Assembly: GCA_020845755.1 (NCBI GenBank)
Contig: JADLFE010000014.1
Location: 4,181 to 68,180, forward strand
Direction of reading: 5' to 3'
From: Phycisphaerales bacterium
GTDB taxonomy: Bacteria > Planctomycetota > Phycisphaerae > Phycisphaerales > UBA1924
Length of the DNA: 64,000 bases
Shown piece by piece: positions 1 through 10,812 of this stretch. How positions within the stretch are numbered: position 1 is the first letter of the stretch; each line of letters begins with the position of its first letter. Under the pieces are notes generated by a model that worked only from the letters and a program-made list of their open reading frames with translations, did no database searches and had not been told where the DNA came from. A program made the position numbers and the translations under genes.

Positions 1-2439
<2,439 letters not shown>

Positions 2440-2670
2440 CCGTGTCCCTCAATGCAGCGCCCGGGGTGGGGCTGTGAACCGACCGAACCGACAGGGTCTC
2501 AGCATCGCTTGAACCCGGCGCAATTGGAACCCGCCGAGGGGCTCTGCGCGTGGATCAAATCATAGCAGAGACCGGGCACTTTTTCCCGGGGACGGCGATC
2601 GAAAAACATCTGAAAAACAGGGCATCGGCGCGATCTTTGGAAATCGCCCATACCACCCCATGAGCGGGGG

Positions 2671-4662
2671 CTATTTGGCGGGCGGAATCGAGCCCGCATC
2701 GGGTCGAGGATTGGACGCGGCGGCGATGCGGTCGAACGAGCGGAGTGTCTCGCATACGGCGATGAGCGTGATCGCGGTCGCCTCGACGGGTTGACGCTGG
2801 TCCCACAGGGCCGAGCGCACGCCCCACACGGTGCGTTTGGGATCGGCGAACCCAGTGGCGACGAACTCGTCGGCCGAGAGTTGGCGCAGAAAGCGGAGGT
2901 TCGACATGAGGCGCGATGTCTGGCGCGGGCGCTCGGCAGGGTCGGTCAGACGCGGATCGCCGAGCATGGCGGCCAGGAACGCGACTGGGCGCGCGGTGTG
3001 CCATGTCGGATAGGGCAGAGCGCCTGTCGTGAAGACGATGCCGCCCGCCATGTCCTGATCGTCTTCGCCGGGTTTGGCGAGCGCGGAGGCGAGCAGGTCG
3101 CGCATGTCGCGGTAAGCGGTCGAAGCGGCGATGTCGCCCGCGGCGCCGGAACGATCAAACTCGGCAAAGCCGAGCCACGGCATCTGGGCGATGAGGCGGC
3201 CGGGCGTGACACCCAGATAGATGGACGTGATCGCTTTGTTCGCAAGGTCGCGTTTGGCGGCGTCATCGCCGGCACGGATGAGCATGGCCCACGCGATCAG
3301 GCCGCGCGCGGGCTCCGGCACGGCGGAGGACCATCCGCTCTGGCCCGAGAACGCGGCGAGTATCGATTCATCCAGTTTCGCCAGAAACTCTGCCTTGGGA
3401 ACAAACATGGGCTGCACGACGCGGTGGACGGCGTGGAGTGCGACGACTGTCGATGCGGCCGAGATCGGATCGGACCACGGAGCAACCTCGGAATCCTCGA
3501 CCGTGAGCAATTCGTCGGCGAGGAACAGGGCCGTCGCACCGAATGGATCACGCTCCGCCCGCGGCGCGATGTCGAACCGCCCGGTGCCGGCGCGGGCCGC
3601 CAGGTAATCGCAGAGCGCGAGTATCGCCATGCTCTGCTCGCCTGGCCCTGCGATCGCGGGATCGGTCTTGCCCAGGGCGGGCCAGTCGGTTCCCGACATA
3701 CCGATTGCGCCGTCTCCGGTCCAGCGGCGCGCAACGAGGTTGCGGGCCAGGCCGTCGGCCCAGCGGCGGAGTTCGGTGACATCGAGGCGCGACTGATCGA
3801 AGTACTTTCCGCCGCGGTGAAGGAAGACCGGCGGTGCGCCTGGCTCGCTCTGCACGAGGTGCCGCACGCGGAAGCGGTAGTAGGTCGCTTTGCGTGTCTC
3901 GCGGACCTTTGCGGGCTGGGCGTCGGGCGCCTCGGGAAGACCGAGGGCCGGATCGCCGGTGAGTCGCGCGGCGGCGGCGGCGGCGGCAAGGCTTGGCGCG
4001 ATCGTTCGTTGCAGGATGACACTCGGGAACATTGCGTCGATCTTGTCGCCGATGCGGATAACCACGCCGTCAAGCCCGGGCGAGAGTGCCCGATCCATCT
4101 CGCCGAACGTCTGAAATTCAACGGGGATCATGGCGCTGGCAAACTCAACGCCGATCGTCACCACGCTCGCGGCCTCGGCCACGGATGTGTAGGCAAGTTC
4201 GTCGCGGATCGCGGCGATGCCGCCATGGGCCTGCACCATGGCCTCGCGGGTGGCCAGCGCGATGCACGACGAGCCCCCCACCGCTTCGCCACGTCCCAGA
4301 ACTTTGCCACGGAAGCGGAGCGTGACGCAGCATGCGCCGACGGTGACTGGATCCTTGGCGTCGGCGTCGGGGACCTTCCAGGAGCGCAGGGCCGCGTCAA
4401 CAACGGCATAGGCCTTCATCGCGTCGTCGGGCATGGGCGGCGTGATGTCGGGCGTGGCGGGCTGCGTGGCGGGCTGGGATGGAGGCGGCGTGGTGGCCTG
4501 CGCACTCGCGGCCGGCGGAGAACACAACAGCGCGAGGGCGACGGCGGCGATCGCGAACAACGCCCGAGAAAACGCGACGCTACGAACTCGCGGTGATGCG
4601 CGGTGTGCATCGATCCGGTGCGATGTTGCGGAAACGCAGCATGCTGTGTTGCCACCGCGCAA
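2671..4662 (-). CDS. Exported hypothetical protein with degenerate AMMECR1-like domain (start uncertain)
   Basis: Track ORF 2671..5016(-). The signal-like segment SRALFAIAAVALALLCSPPAASAQ only begins near ORF codon 150, so the start must be internal. TTG at 4660-4662 is the nearest in-frame candidate; ATG at 4813-4815 is the alternative. After a Pro/Thr linker, VGACCVTLRFRGKVLGRGEA, IGVEFASAMIPVE, LDGVVIRIGDKIDAMFPSVILQ and YYRFRVRHLVQSE follow the AMMECR1 pattern but lack the RGCIG cysteine. The ~400-aa C-terminal part is unassigned. Confidence 0.55.
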   Translation of the reverse strand: MRGGNTACCVSATSHRIDAHRASPRVRSVAFSRALFAIAAVALALLCSPPAASAQATTPPPSQPATQPATPDITPPMPDDAMKAYAVVDAALRSWKVPDADAKDPVTVGACCVTLRFRGKVLGRGEAVGGSSCIALATREAMVQAHGGIAAIRDELAYTSVAEAASVVTIGVEFASAMIPVEFQTFGEMDRALSPGLDGVVIRIGDKIDAMFPSVILQRTIAPSLAAAAAAARLTGDPALGLPEAPDAQPAKVRETRKATYYRFRVRHLVQSEPGAPPVFLHRGGKYFDQSRLDVTELRRWADGLARNLVARRWTGDGAIGMSGTDWPALGKTDPAIAGPGEQSMAILALCDYLAARAGTGRFDIAPRAERDPFGATALFLADELLTVEDSEVAPWSDPISAASTVVALHAVHRVVQPMFVPKAEFLAKLDESILAAFSGQSGWSSAVPEPARGLIAWAMLIRAGDDAAKRDLANKAITSIYLGVTPGRLIAQMPWLGFAEFDRSGAAGDIAASTAYRDMRDLLASALAKPGEDDQDMAGGIVFTTGALPYPTWHTARPVAFLAAMLGDPRLTDPAERPRQTSRLMSNLRFLRQLSADEFVATGFADPKRTVWGVRSALWDQRQPVEATAITLIAVCETLRSFDRIAAASNPRPDAGSIPPAK

Positions 4663-5025
4663 CGAATCGGCACATTCGGAACTGCCTGGACCCCTCAAGG
4701 TCCGGGAAGAACACGCGTGGCGCAAGGGCGTTGCGCCGGCGCGACACTGGCATGGGCGTTGTTCCCTTGTCTTGGCACAACCCAAGAGGTGGACTGTGAA
4801 GAACCTTCTCGTCATGACCGCGTTCCGTCGCCAGATTGGCCTCTTCTGCGTGCTCTCGTTCCTGGCCCTGTGCTGAACGAGCCCCCCACGCGGCCTTGAG
4901 GACCAGAGCGTACCACACCCGGCCCGGTCGGGCGTCGGCACGACGTACCAGTGAAAATCGCCGCCGTGCTCCTGTGAGGGCCCGGCGGTTATAGGCGTTT
5001 TGATCTTGTTGTCCACCTTGACGTT

Positions 5026-7668
5026 TCAGCCGTTCTTGCCCGGCTCCTTGTGAACCGTCGCCCAGATTTCGCGTTTGGCGTCGAGGTCGCGGAACTGCTT
5101 TCGCCCCATGACCATGTCGGCGTAGACCGTCGCGATCTCACGCGGGCGCATGGCGAACCTGACCTGCGTCCACTCGATCGGCTTGCCACGGAACTCGATG
5201 GGCTTCCCGCCGACGATCGCCCACGCGGGCGGGTCGCAGGGCGTGCACTCGAGCCAGCCGGTGTCGAGCGGCGACCATCCGGCGGGGCCGCTGTTCACGC
5301 CGCGCGGGCGGTCGCTGAGCACCTCGCCCAGGAGGTTGGCTTTGGCGGCCATGGCGACGGGCCCGGCGAGTTTGAGCGTGACCTCGGCGGGCTGGCCGTC
5401 CCACTCGACGAGGCGAATGACAAACGGGTGGTCGCACAGGCCGCCGGAGGCCTCGAACATGCGATGGCCGGCCCAGTGCGGCAGGTGCTCGCCGGACTTC
5501 ATGGACTCGCGGAAGAAGGCGTGGGCAAGGACGTTGGGGGCGTTTTCGAGTGAGAGTGGGCCGAAGACGGGGGGGAGGTCGGAGTTGGAGTTGCTCGCGG
5601 CGACGGGTGACTGGCCAACGGCGTCGAGGTACGCGAGCCGCGCGAGCCGGCTATCGGTGACTCGAGCGTGCGGGTAGATTCGCAGAGTCGCGCAGAAGCA
5701 GTCGCGGAAATAAGCCTCGTCCCACGGGTCGTAGGACGTGAGCAACAGCTTGACGCCGTCGTTGGTACGGAAGAACTGTTGGCCGCCGGTGTGGGAGATG
5801 AGTACGCCTCGCTCACCGGAGGCTTCCGAGAGATCGATGGAGCGGAGCGCGGTGAATGCGCCGTCGATCTTCTCGAACCACTGCGGCGAAGTCATCCAGT
5901 CGCCGGTTGGGTACTTCCGATTGCCGACGAGTCGCGGGCGAACTTCGTGCCGGGAGTACGCGGAGTCGGCCCGAACACGAAGGTTGGTGATCTTTGGTTC
6001 AATGAATAAAAAGAGACCGGCGTTCATACCGGGGTCGGGGCGTGGGAAGTTCTCTGCCTCGAAACCAAGCGCCACGCACTCGTTCGGGCCGTCGATACTG
6101 ACGTTGAATTTGAGGTGCGATCCATCGGTCCCGATACGGCGGAACTGCACCCACTTGTCTTTGGATTCGGGCTCGCTGAAGACCTCAGCCTCGCACTTTG
6201 CGAACTGCTCGACCGCGCCGGCGTTGTGCACCGCCAGATGGCCGAGGAAGCTGTTCTCGTTCAGCATCCCGTCGGGGAAGTCTGTCGAGTAGACCTGCGT
6301 TACCATTCCGAGTCTTCGCGACATTTCGACGCGGAGTTTGCCACGGCTCAATGCAATGGTGTCGCCCGACTCGTGAACTCTGACGGGTTCGACTTCGCGA
6401 ATCGCACAGTCTGATTTGTCGGTAGTCGCGTACCCGAATGGCGGGATTCTTGTCGACAGATGCCTGTCGCCTTTGTACTCGTACCAATCTCCACCGACAT
6501 CAAAGCCACACGGATTGAAACAGAACGCCCGGCCCGGCTCGCCGACGGTTCGATCGGCAAGATGACGCTTCGTGCGATCAAGGACCAACTCGGCCAGTCG
6601 ATCGCAACGGTCATACGACGCATGTCCGACGAAGCCGCAGAGCCCCTCGCATTCGTGATTGTCGTGGTGCTGGGCCGCGAGGAGTTCTCGCCACGCCTCG
6701 TCGATTTCCCACGTCGGGTAGACATCCCAACTTGCGTAGGGTCGGCCGCACAGCCCCGCGAGCGCGGAGATCGCCTCGGTCGCGATCTGTTGATCGTCGC
6801 GGCTTTGGCTCCTTCTCGGGTGCGCGTCCCCGTTCTTCCCCAGCGTCATGCCGTGCCACACGTCGTCCATCATGTAGTGCTTCACGGGCGGCGATGGCGT
6901 CAATGCCAGGAGTTCCTCGATCAATTTGCCCGCGGTGCGCGGGCGCACGTCGAATCGCTCGTCCTTCATCAGTTCGCGCAGGCGCGGCAGGAGCACCTCG
7001 CTCCGGCACATCCAATCCTTGCTCGGCATGAGTTCCAGCCACTGCACAACGGCGGGATGCGGCCACGCGCCGGCCCTGTCGAGCAGGCCGTCGAAGTCCT
7101 CGGGCCACTGGTGAACGTTGAGTTCGTTGCGAGGAAGTGTCGGGAGGCGTGATCCGTCGGCGCCCTCCCAGAGGATGAGCGAGCAAGGCTCCTTGGGGAC
7201 TTCGGGCGTGTGCCAGGTCCACTGGAAGAAGAGCGACGCGCCGGTGTAGCCGCACTGCGCGAGCATCTGCGGGAGTTGCGGGAAGAAATAGAACTCTTCC
7301 TCCCAGAAGGTGCGCGGGCGGACGCCCAGGAGGCGGCGGGTGGTGCGCACGCCGTAGGTCAGTTGGCGGATATTGGATTCGCCGCCGTGAAACAGGCCGT
7401 AGGGCTGGCCATAGGAGCAACCGACGGGTTCGACGAGTCCGCGCGCGACGGCGTCTCTGAGTTTGGCGAGGTGCTCGGGGCATTCGACGGCCATTTTCTC
7501 GTAGCCGACTGCGTCGAAGTTGACGTTGCCACGGGCGCCGGTTTCATCGATGAGGCGGAGCATGTCGTCGACGGAGCCGGGGAGGACGTGATACCCCCAG
7601 AGCCACTGCATGTCGACCCAGTGCATGTGGTTGCCGAAGGTGTAGTACAGGGGAGGTTTGGCGGTCAT
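5026..7668 (-). CDS. GH38-like glycoside hydrolase (alpha-mannosidase family)
   Basis: Track ORF 5026..7815(-). Its first 49 codons are R/C-rich, so I moved the start to ATG 7666-7668 (MTAKPPLYYTFGNHMHWVDMQW). The HxHxxD metal motif, GGESNIRQLTYG and EEEFYFFPQLPQMLAQCGY resemble the GH38 N-terminal catalytic domain. The family call rests on motif memory only. Confidence 0.68.
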   Translation of the reverse strand: MTAKPPLYYTFGNHMHWVDMQWLWGYHVLPGSVDDMLRLIDETGARGNVNFDAVGYEKMAVECPEHLAKLRDAVARGLVEPVGCSYGQPYGLFHGGESNIRQLTYGVRTTRRLLGVRPRTFWEEEFYFFPQLPQMLAQCGYTGASLFFQWTWHTPEVPKEPCSLILWEGADGSRLPTLPRNELNVHQWPEDFDGLLDRAGAWPHPAVVQWLELMPSKDWMCRSEVLLPRLRELMKDERFDVRPRTAGKLIEELLALTPSPPVKHYMMDDVWHGMTLGKNGDAHPRRSQSRDDQQIATEAISALAGLCGRPYASWDVYPTWEIDEAWRELLAAQHHDNHECEGLCGFVGHASYDRCDRLAELVLDRTKRHLADRTVGEPGRAFCFNPCGFDVGGDWYEYKGDRHLSTRIPPFGYATTDKSDCAIREVEPVRVHESGDTIALSRGKLRVEMSRRLGMVTQVYSTDFPDGMLNENSFLGHLAVHNAGAVEQFAKCEAEVFSEPESKDKWVQFRRIGTDGSHLKFNVSIDGPNECVALGFEAENFPRPDPGMNAGLFLFIEPKITNLRVRADSAYSRHEVRPRLVGNRKYPTGDWMTSPQWFEKIDGAFTALRSIDLSEASGERGVLISHTGGQQFFRTNDGVKLLLTSYDPWDEAYFRDCFCATLRIYPHARVTDSRLARLAYLDAVGQSPVAASNSNSDLPPVFGPLSLENAPNVLAHAFFRESMKSGEHLPHWAGHRMFEASGGLCDHPFVIRLVEWDGQPAEVTLKLAGPVAMAAKANLLGEVLSDRPRGVNSGPAGWSPLDTGWLECTPCDPPAWAIVGGKPIEFRGKPIEWTQVRFAMRPREIATVYADMVMGRKQFRDLDAKREIWATVHKEPGKNG

Positions 7669-7739
7669 GAGGGCAGTGTAGAGGCGAAGCACGCATTCGC
7701 GTCGGCGAGATTTTTCCGCGGAGTGTTTGCATAATGAAC

Positions 7740-7764
7740 AACGCCCGCGAGGGTTGCGGGCGTT
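7740..7764 (-). terminator. Hairpin downstream of PEP-CTERM gene 1 (AACGCCCGC-7nt-GCGGGCGTT)
   Basis: 9-bp perfect stem (7740-7748 pairs with 7756-7764), 29 nt past the stop at 7793-7795. On the minus strand it is followed by GTTCATTATG, which is only weakly U-rich. Confidence 0.45.
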
Positions 7765-7792
7765 GCGGGTCAGGCACGAACTCAGCGAACGA

Positions 7793-8338
7793 TCAGCGAC
7801 GGCGGCGCGAGGCAAGAACGCCCGCGATGCCCATCAGCGCGAGAGAAGCCGGGGAGGGGATGCGGGCGATGCCTTCAAAGCCTGGGTTGTACGGGCTGGC
7901 GAAGTAGTCCGTGCCCGAGTATGCCTCGCCAAACGCGTAGCCGAACGCGAAGAACTTGACCTCCGATGGAGCATCGAGGCTCGTCACGAGTGCCTTGAAC
8001 CCCGAGAGATGATGCCCGGGCAGGAGCGAGGCATATGCGCTTGTTCCGTCGGTCCAGACGTTGTCGTACGTGGTGTCCGAGCCGCCGTACGGGAAGTTGT
8101 TCCAAGTGATGTTGAGGTTCGGATCGTACGGAGGTGGGCTGTCAACAATGTTGCGTGCTCCGAGTTCGACGCCGAAGAAGTACACGTCCATGGTCGCGGG
8201 ATTCAGGTTGTTGGTCACGTCAAAGTCCAGCACCCATGCGCCCGGGGTGCCTGACACCGAGAACGTGACGTCAACGGGGCCTGCGGCCGCGACCCCGCTC
8301 AGCAGCGAAAGCGCAACTCCGCCAAGTGCGGTCTTCAT
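7793..8338 (-). CDS. PEP-CTERM-anchored secreted protein, paralog 1
   Basis: 181 aa. ATG 8336-8338 is preceded by AAGGAG. Signal peptide MKTALGGVALSLLSGVAAAG. The C-terminus IPSPASLALMGIAGVLASRRRR has a PEP-CTERM-type layout: P-x-P, a hydrophobic helix, then an Arg cluster. Confidence 0.8.
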   Translation of the reverse strand: MKTALGGVALSLLSGVAAAGPVDVTFSVSGTPGAWVLDFDVTNNLNPATMDVYFFGVELGARNIVDSPPPYDPNLNITWNNFPYGGSDTTYDNVWTDGTSAYASLLPGHHLSGFKALVTSLDAPSEVKFFAFGYAFGEAYSGTDYFASPYNPGFEGIARIPSPASLALMGIAGVLASRRRR

Positions 8339-8506
8339 CTCAATTCTCCTTTTCTCATACCAGCACTAGTCCGTGGCATGTCGTACATGACATGTCGGCC
8401 CGATTCTTTGGGACGCTTCGTCCTGGGGCAATGAGCCAAACTACCCAGTGCTCTATGGGGATTTCCATCCTGCAATCTTGTGCAATGTGCGTAGCCAAAG
8501 AAGAAA

Positions 8507-8532
8507 AACGCCCGCGATCCATCGCGGGCGTT
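8507..8532 (-). terminator. Rho-independent terminator of PEP-CTERM gene 2
   Basis: AACGCCCGCGA-TCCA-TCGCGGGCGTT with an 11-bp stem. The minus-strand RNA continues with UUUUCUUCUUUGG. It lies 28 nt after the stop at 8560-8562. Confidence 0.62.
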
Positions 8533-8559
8533 GCAAAGGACGGACACGTTGATGATCGA

Positions 8560-9108
8560 TCAGCGGCGGCGGCGCGAGGCAAGCACGCCCGCGAGGCCGA
8601 TCACACCGAGCGAGGCCGGGGCGGGGATGTGGGCGATGCCTTCGAAGCCGGGGTTCTGCTGGTTATTGAAGTTGTCTGTGCCGTTGTACTGGCCGCCGTT
8701 GGGATCGTTGGCATAGCAGAAGAACTTGACTGATGTCGGGGCCGAGGGACCGGTGTAGAGGGCCTGGAAGCCTGAGAGCGAGCCGCCGGGGAGGATGCTG
8801 GTGTAGTTGGAGTTGAAGTCGATCCAGTTGTTGTTGTAGATGGTGGACGAGCCGCCGAAGCCCGAATTGTCCCAGGTCGCCCAGGAGTTGGGGTCAAAGT
8901 TCGTGGGGCTCCCGACGATGTTGCGACCCGTGTCGAGTTCAACGCCGAAGAAGTAGAGCCCCATCGTCGAGGGATTCAGGTTGTTGGCCACGTTGAAATC
9001 AAGCACCCAGTTTCCGGGTGATCCGGAAACCGAGTACGTCACGTCGACCGGGCCTGCATAGACAGCGCTGGCGGAAATCGCGAGGATGGCGGCGGCAGCG
9101 ACCTTCAT
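8560..9108 (-). CDS. PEP-CTERM-anchored secreted protein, paralog 2
   Basis: Track ORF 8560..9150(-). Start moved to ATG 9106-9108 (MKVAAAAILAISASAVYAG), which is preceded by GGAGAA. The protein is collinear with paralog 1 (GPVDVTYSVSGSPGNWVLDFNVANNLNPSTM...NPGFEGIAHIPAPASLGVIGLAGVLASRRRR). Confidence 0.8.
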   Translation of the reverse strand: MKVAAAAILAISASAVYAGPVDVTYSVSGSPGNWVLDFNVANNLNPSTMGLYFFGVELDTGRNIVGSPTNFDPNSWATWDNSGFGGSSTIYNNNWIDFNSNYTSILPGGSLSGFQALYTGPSAPTSVKFFCYANDPNGGQYNGTDNFNNQQNPGFEGIAHIPAPASLGVIGLAGVLASRRRR

Positions 9109-9152
9109 TCGGGTTCTCCACTCATCTGGGCTTTCTGGCAAGAAACACAAAC

Positions 9153-9172
9153 GTCACGCGAGAACGCGTGAC
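9153..9172 (-). terminator. Hairpin GTCACGCG-AGAA-CGCGTGAC, probable greA terminator
   Basis: 8-bp perfect stem. On the minus strand it is followed by GUUUGUGUUUCUU. It lies 131 nt after the greA stop. It also sits about 45 nt upstream of PEP-CTERM gene 2, so an operator role is not excluded. Confidence 0.45.
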
Positions 9173-9302
9173 CACGGCGTCATGACAACGCTACCCCAGG
9201 ATTCGGTCAGTGCCACCCAAGTCGGGGATTGGTTGCTTCGGACGAAGCGCGTGGCGCGACTGAATGGCGGGCGGGTTATCGGAACACATACAGAGAGCCG
9301 GC

Positions 9303-9773
9303 TTACACGATCTCGACGATCTCGAACCGCTTCACGCCGCGGGGGGCATCGACGCGGACGGTGTCGCCCACGCGTGCCTTGAGCATGGCCTGGCCCATGG
9401 GGCTGGTGGCGGTGACCTCGACGTAATCGAGCGGCGGCTGGGCCGAGGCTTCGCCGACGAGGCGGAAGAGGTCCTCGTCGTTGTTGTCGACGTCGCGCAT
9501 CTTGACGGTGGTGCCGACGACGACCAGGCCCTCGATCGCCTTGGACATGGACTCGTCGATGATGGTGACGCTGGCGAGGCGCTGCTGGAGGCGGCGGATC
9601 TCGGCCTCTTCGAGGCCCTGCTGCTCGCGGGCGGCGTGGTAATCGCCGTTTTCCTTCAGGTCGCCCAGGGCGCGGGCCTCGGCGATGCGCGTGGAGATCA
9701 CCGGGCGGTTATCGATGAGGGCCTTGAGTTTGGCCTCGATCCCTTCGCGTTCGGCTTTGGTGATGAACTCCAT
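9303..9773 (-). CDS. greA: Transcription elongation factor GreA
   Basis: Track ORF 9303..9839(-). Start moved to ATG 9771-9773 (MEFITKAEREGIEAKLKAL), preceded by GGAGG. Contains ALGDLKENGDYHAAREQQG and a C-terminal FKBP-like VRVDAPRGVKRFEIVEIV. Confidence 0.92.
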   Translation of the reverse strand: MEFITKAEREGIEAKLKALIDNRPVISTRIAEARALGDLKENGDYHAAREQQGLEEAEIRRLQQRLASVTIIDESMSKAIEGLVVVGTTVKMRDVDNNDEDLFRLVGEASAQPPLDYVEVTATSPMGQAMLKARVGDTVRVDAPRGVKRFEIVEIV

Positions 9774-9864
9774 CGACGACCTCCGTTTGACCCATGCACG
9801 CGGACATGACTCGGACCCACAGGCGTCCGCCCGCGGCACTCTCGCTGTCGGGGAACGTCAAAAT

Positions 9865-10812
9865 CTAGGCCGAGGGCGGGGACGGGACCACCGGCGGAAT
9901 CGGCGCGGGAAATAGCCTCGCGATCCACGCCGCGCGAAGCCAGGAAGCGAGTGCACCGAGCGCAAGCCCCGCGATGGCGAGCCACTGGCGGGATTCCACG
10001 CGGATTCCGAGGCCGGACCACGGGCGATCGGCGACAATCGCGTTCACGCAGGTAATGGGCGAGGCGAGCAAGAGCATGCTGGGGTCGGAATTCGGTTCGC
10101 GGGGCTGGGTTACCAGTGCGATCGCCGGGGCGAGGGCGACGACCGCGACGATGGCGAGCATGGCGACGAGACGAGTGCGTGCCGGATTCCCCTCGCCGGC
10201 GCGAAGTTTCTCGAGCGAGGCCGCGAGCATACCCGCGATGATGAAGAGCCACGCGAGGATCGAGAGCGCCAGCGCGATGGTGATGCTGGTGCTCCATCCG
10301 GCGAGGAACCAGAGGCGCTGGGGCAGGAGAATCGCGACCAGCGGGATGAAGACGACAGGGAGGTCACGGAGCGCCACGCGTGTGCCGCGGATCGGCTCGG
10401 GGGGCTGGCTCAGCCGGAAGAGCGGCCAAAGGAGGCAGGCGCAGGTGAGGCCGACGGAGACGAGCGTGCGCACGGCGGGGCGATAGACATCTTGGCCGAG
10501 GATGCCCGTTGAGGTGGTGCTGGCGAGAAGGACGACCGTGCCAATCGCAAGCAGCGTGGTCCAGAAGAACGCGAGTGGGCGCGGCTCAGCGCGGCGATGG
10601 GCCCAGCGATCACGCGGCGGCGCATGGTCCGGCGAATCGGGTGATACGTTCGTTGACTCGATCGATGAACGTGAATCGGTGACGGATGCGTCAGCCAGAG
10701 ACGGCTGGCGCGCGGTGTCATCGGATCCCGGCGGCGGCGCTGGGGTCGAACTTGGCTCAGGCGCGGGTTCGGGCGCGTGCTCCGGCGCGGGATCGCGCGG
10801 GAGATCGCTCAT
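9865..10812 (-). CDS. Polytopic membrane protein of unknown function with Pro-rich N-terminal tail
   Basis: 315 aa. ATG 10810-12 overlaps the ftsQ stop (10809-11) in an ATGA overlap. About 80 aa of disordered P/S/D-rich sequence are followed by about 7 hydrophobic helices (FFWTTLLAIGTVVLLA, LVSVGLTCACLLWPLF, VVFIPLVAILLP, ITIALALSILAWLFIIAGML, LVAMLAIVAVVALAPAIALV, WLAIAGLALGALASWL). No family recognised. Confidence 0.6.
   Translation of the reverse strand: MSDLPRDPAPEHAPEPAPEPSSTPAPPPGSDDTARQPSLADASVTDSRSSIESTNVSPDSPDHAPPRDRWAHRRAEPRPLAFFWTTLLAIGTVVLLASTTSTGILGQDVYRPAVRTLVSVGLTCACLLWPLFRLSQPPEPIRGTRVALRDLPVVFIPLVAILLPQRLWFLAGWSTSITIALALSILAWLFIIAGMLAASLEKLRAGEGNPARTRLVAMLAIVAVVALAPAIALVTQPREPNSDPSMLLLASPITCVNAIVADRPWSGLGIRVESRQWLAIAGLALGALASWLRAAWIARLFPAPIPPVVPSPPSA

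Noticed and set aside
2791-4596. 601-aa plus-strand ORF
   Set aside because: R/G-rich low-complexity translation (for example GGGGGKAWRDRS, RRRGGLRTRGRRR), antisense to the exported protein 2671..4662. Typical high-GC shadow ORF.
4796-4876. 26-codon hydrophobic small ORF (VKNLLVMTAFRRQIGLFCVLSFLALC) in the gap between the GH38-like gene and the exported protein
   Set aside because: No Shine-Dalgarno sequence, opposite to the flow of both flanking genes, and it lies within a longer shadow ORF (4433..4876). There is no evidence beyond hydrophobicity.
4663-5025. About 360-nt gap examined for a structured RNA (RNase P, tmRNA, tRNA)
   Set aside because: I found no GGAAAGUCCGG-type RNase P core, no T-loop GGTTCGAATCC, and no tRNA cloverleaf. 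Part of the gap may simply be the 5' coding region if the exported protein starts at ATG 4815.
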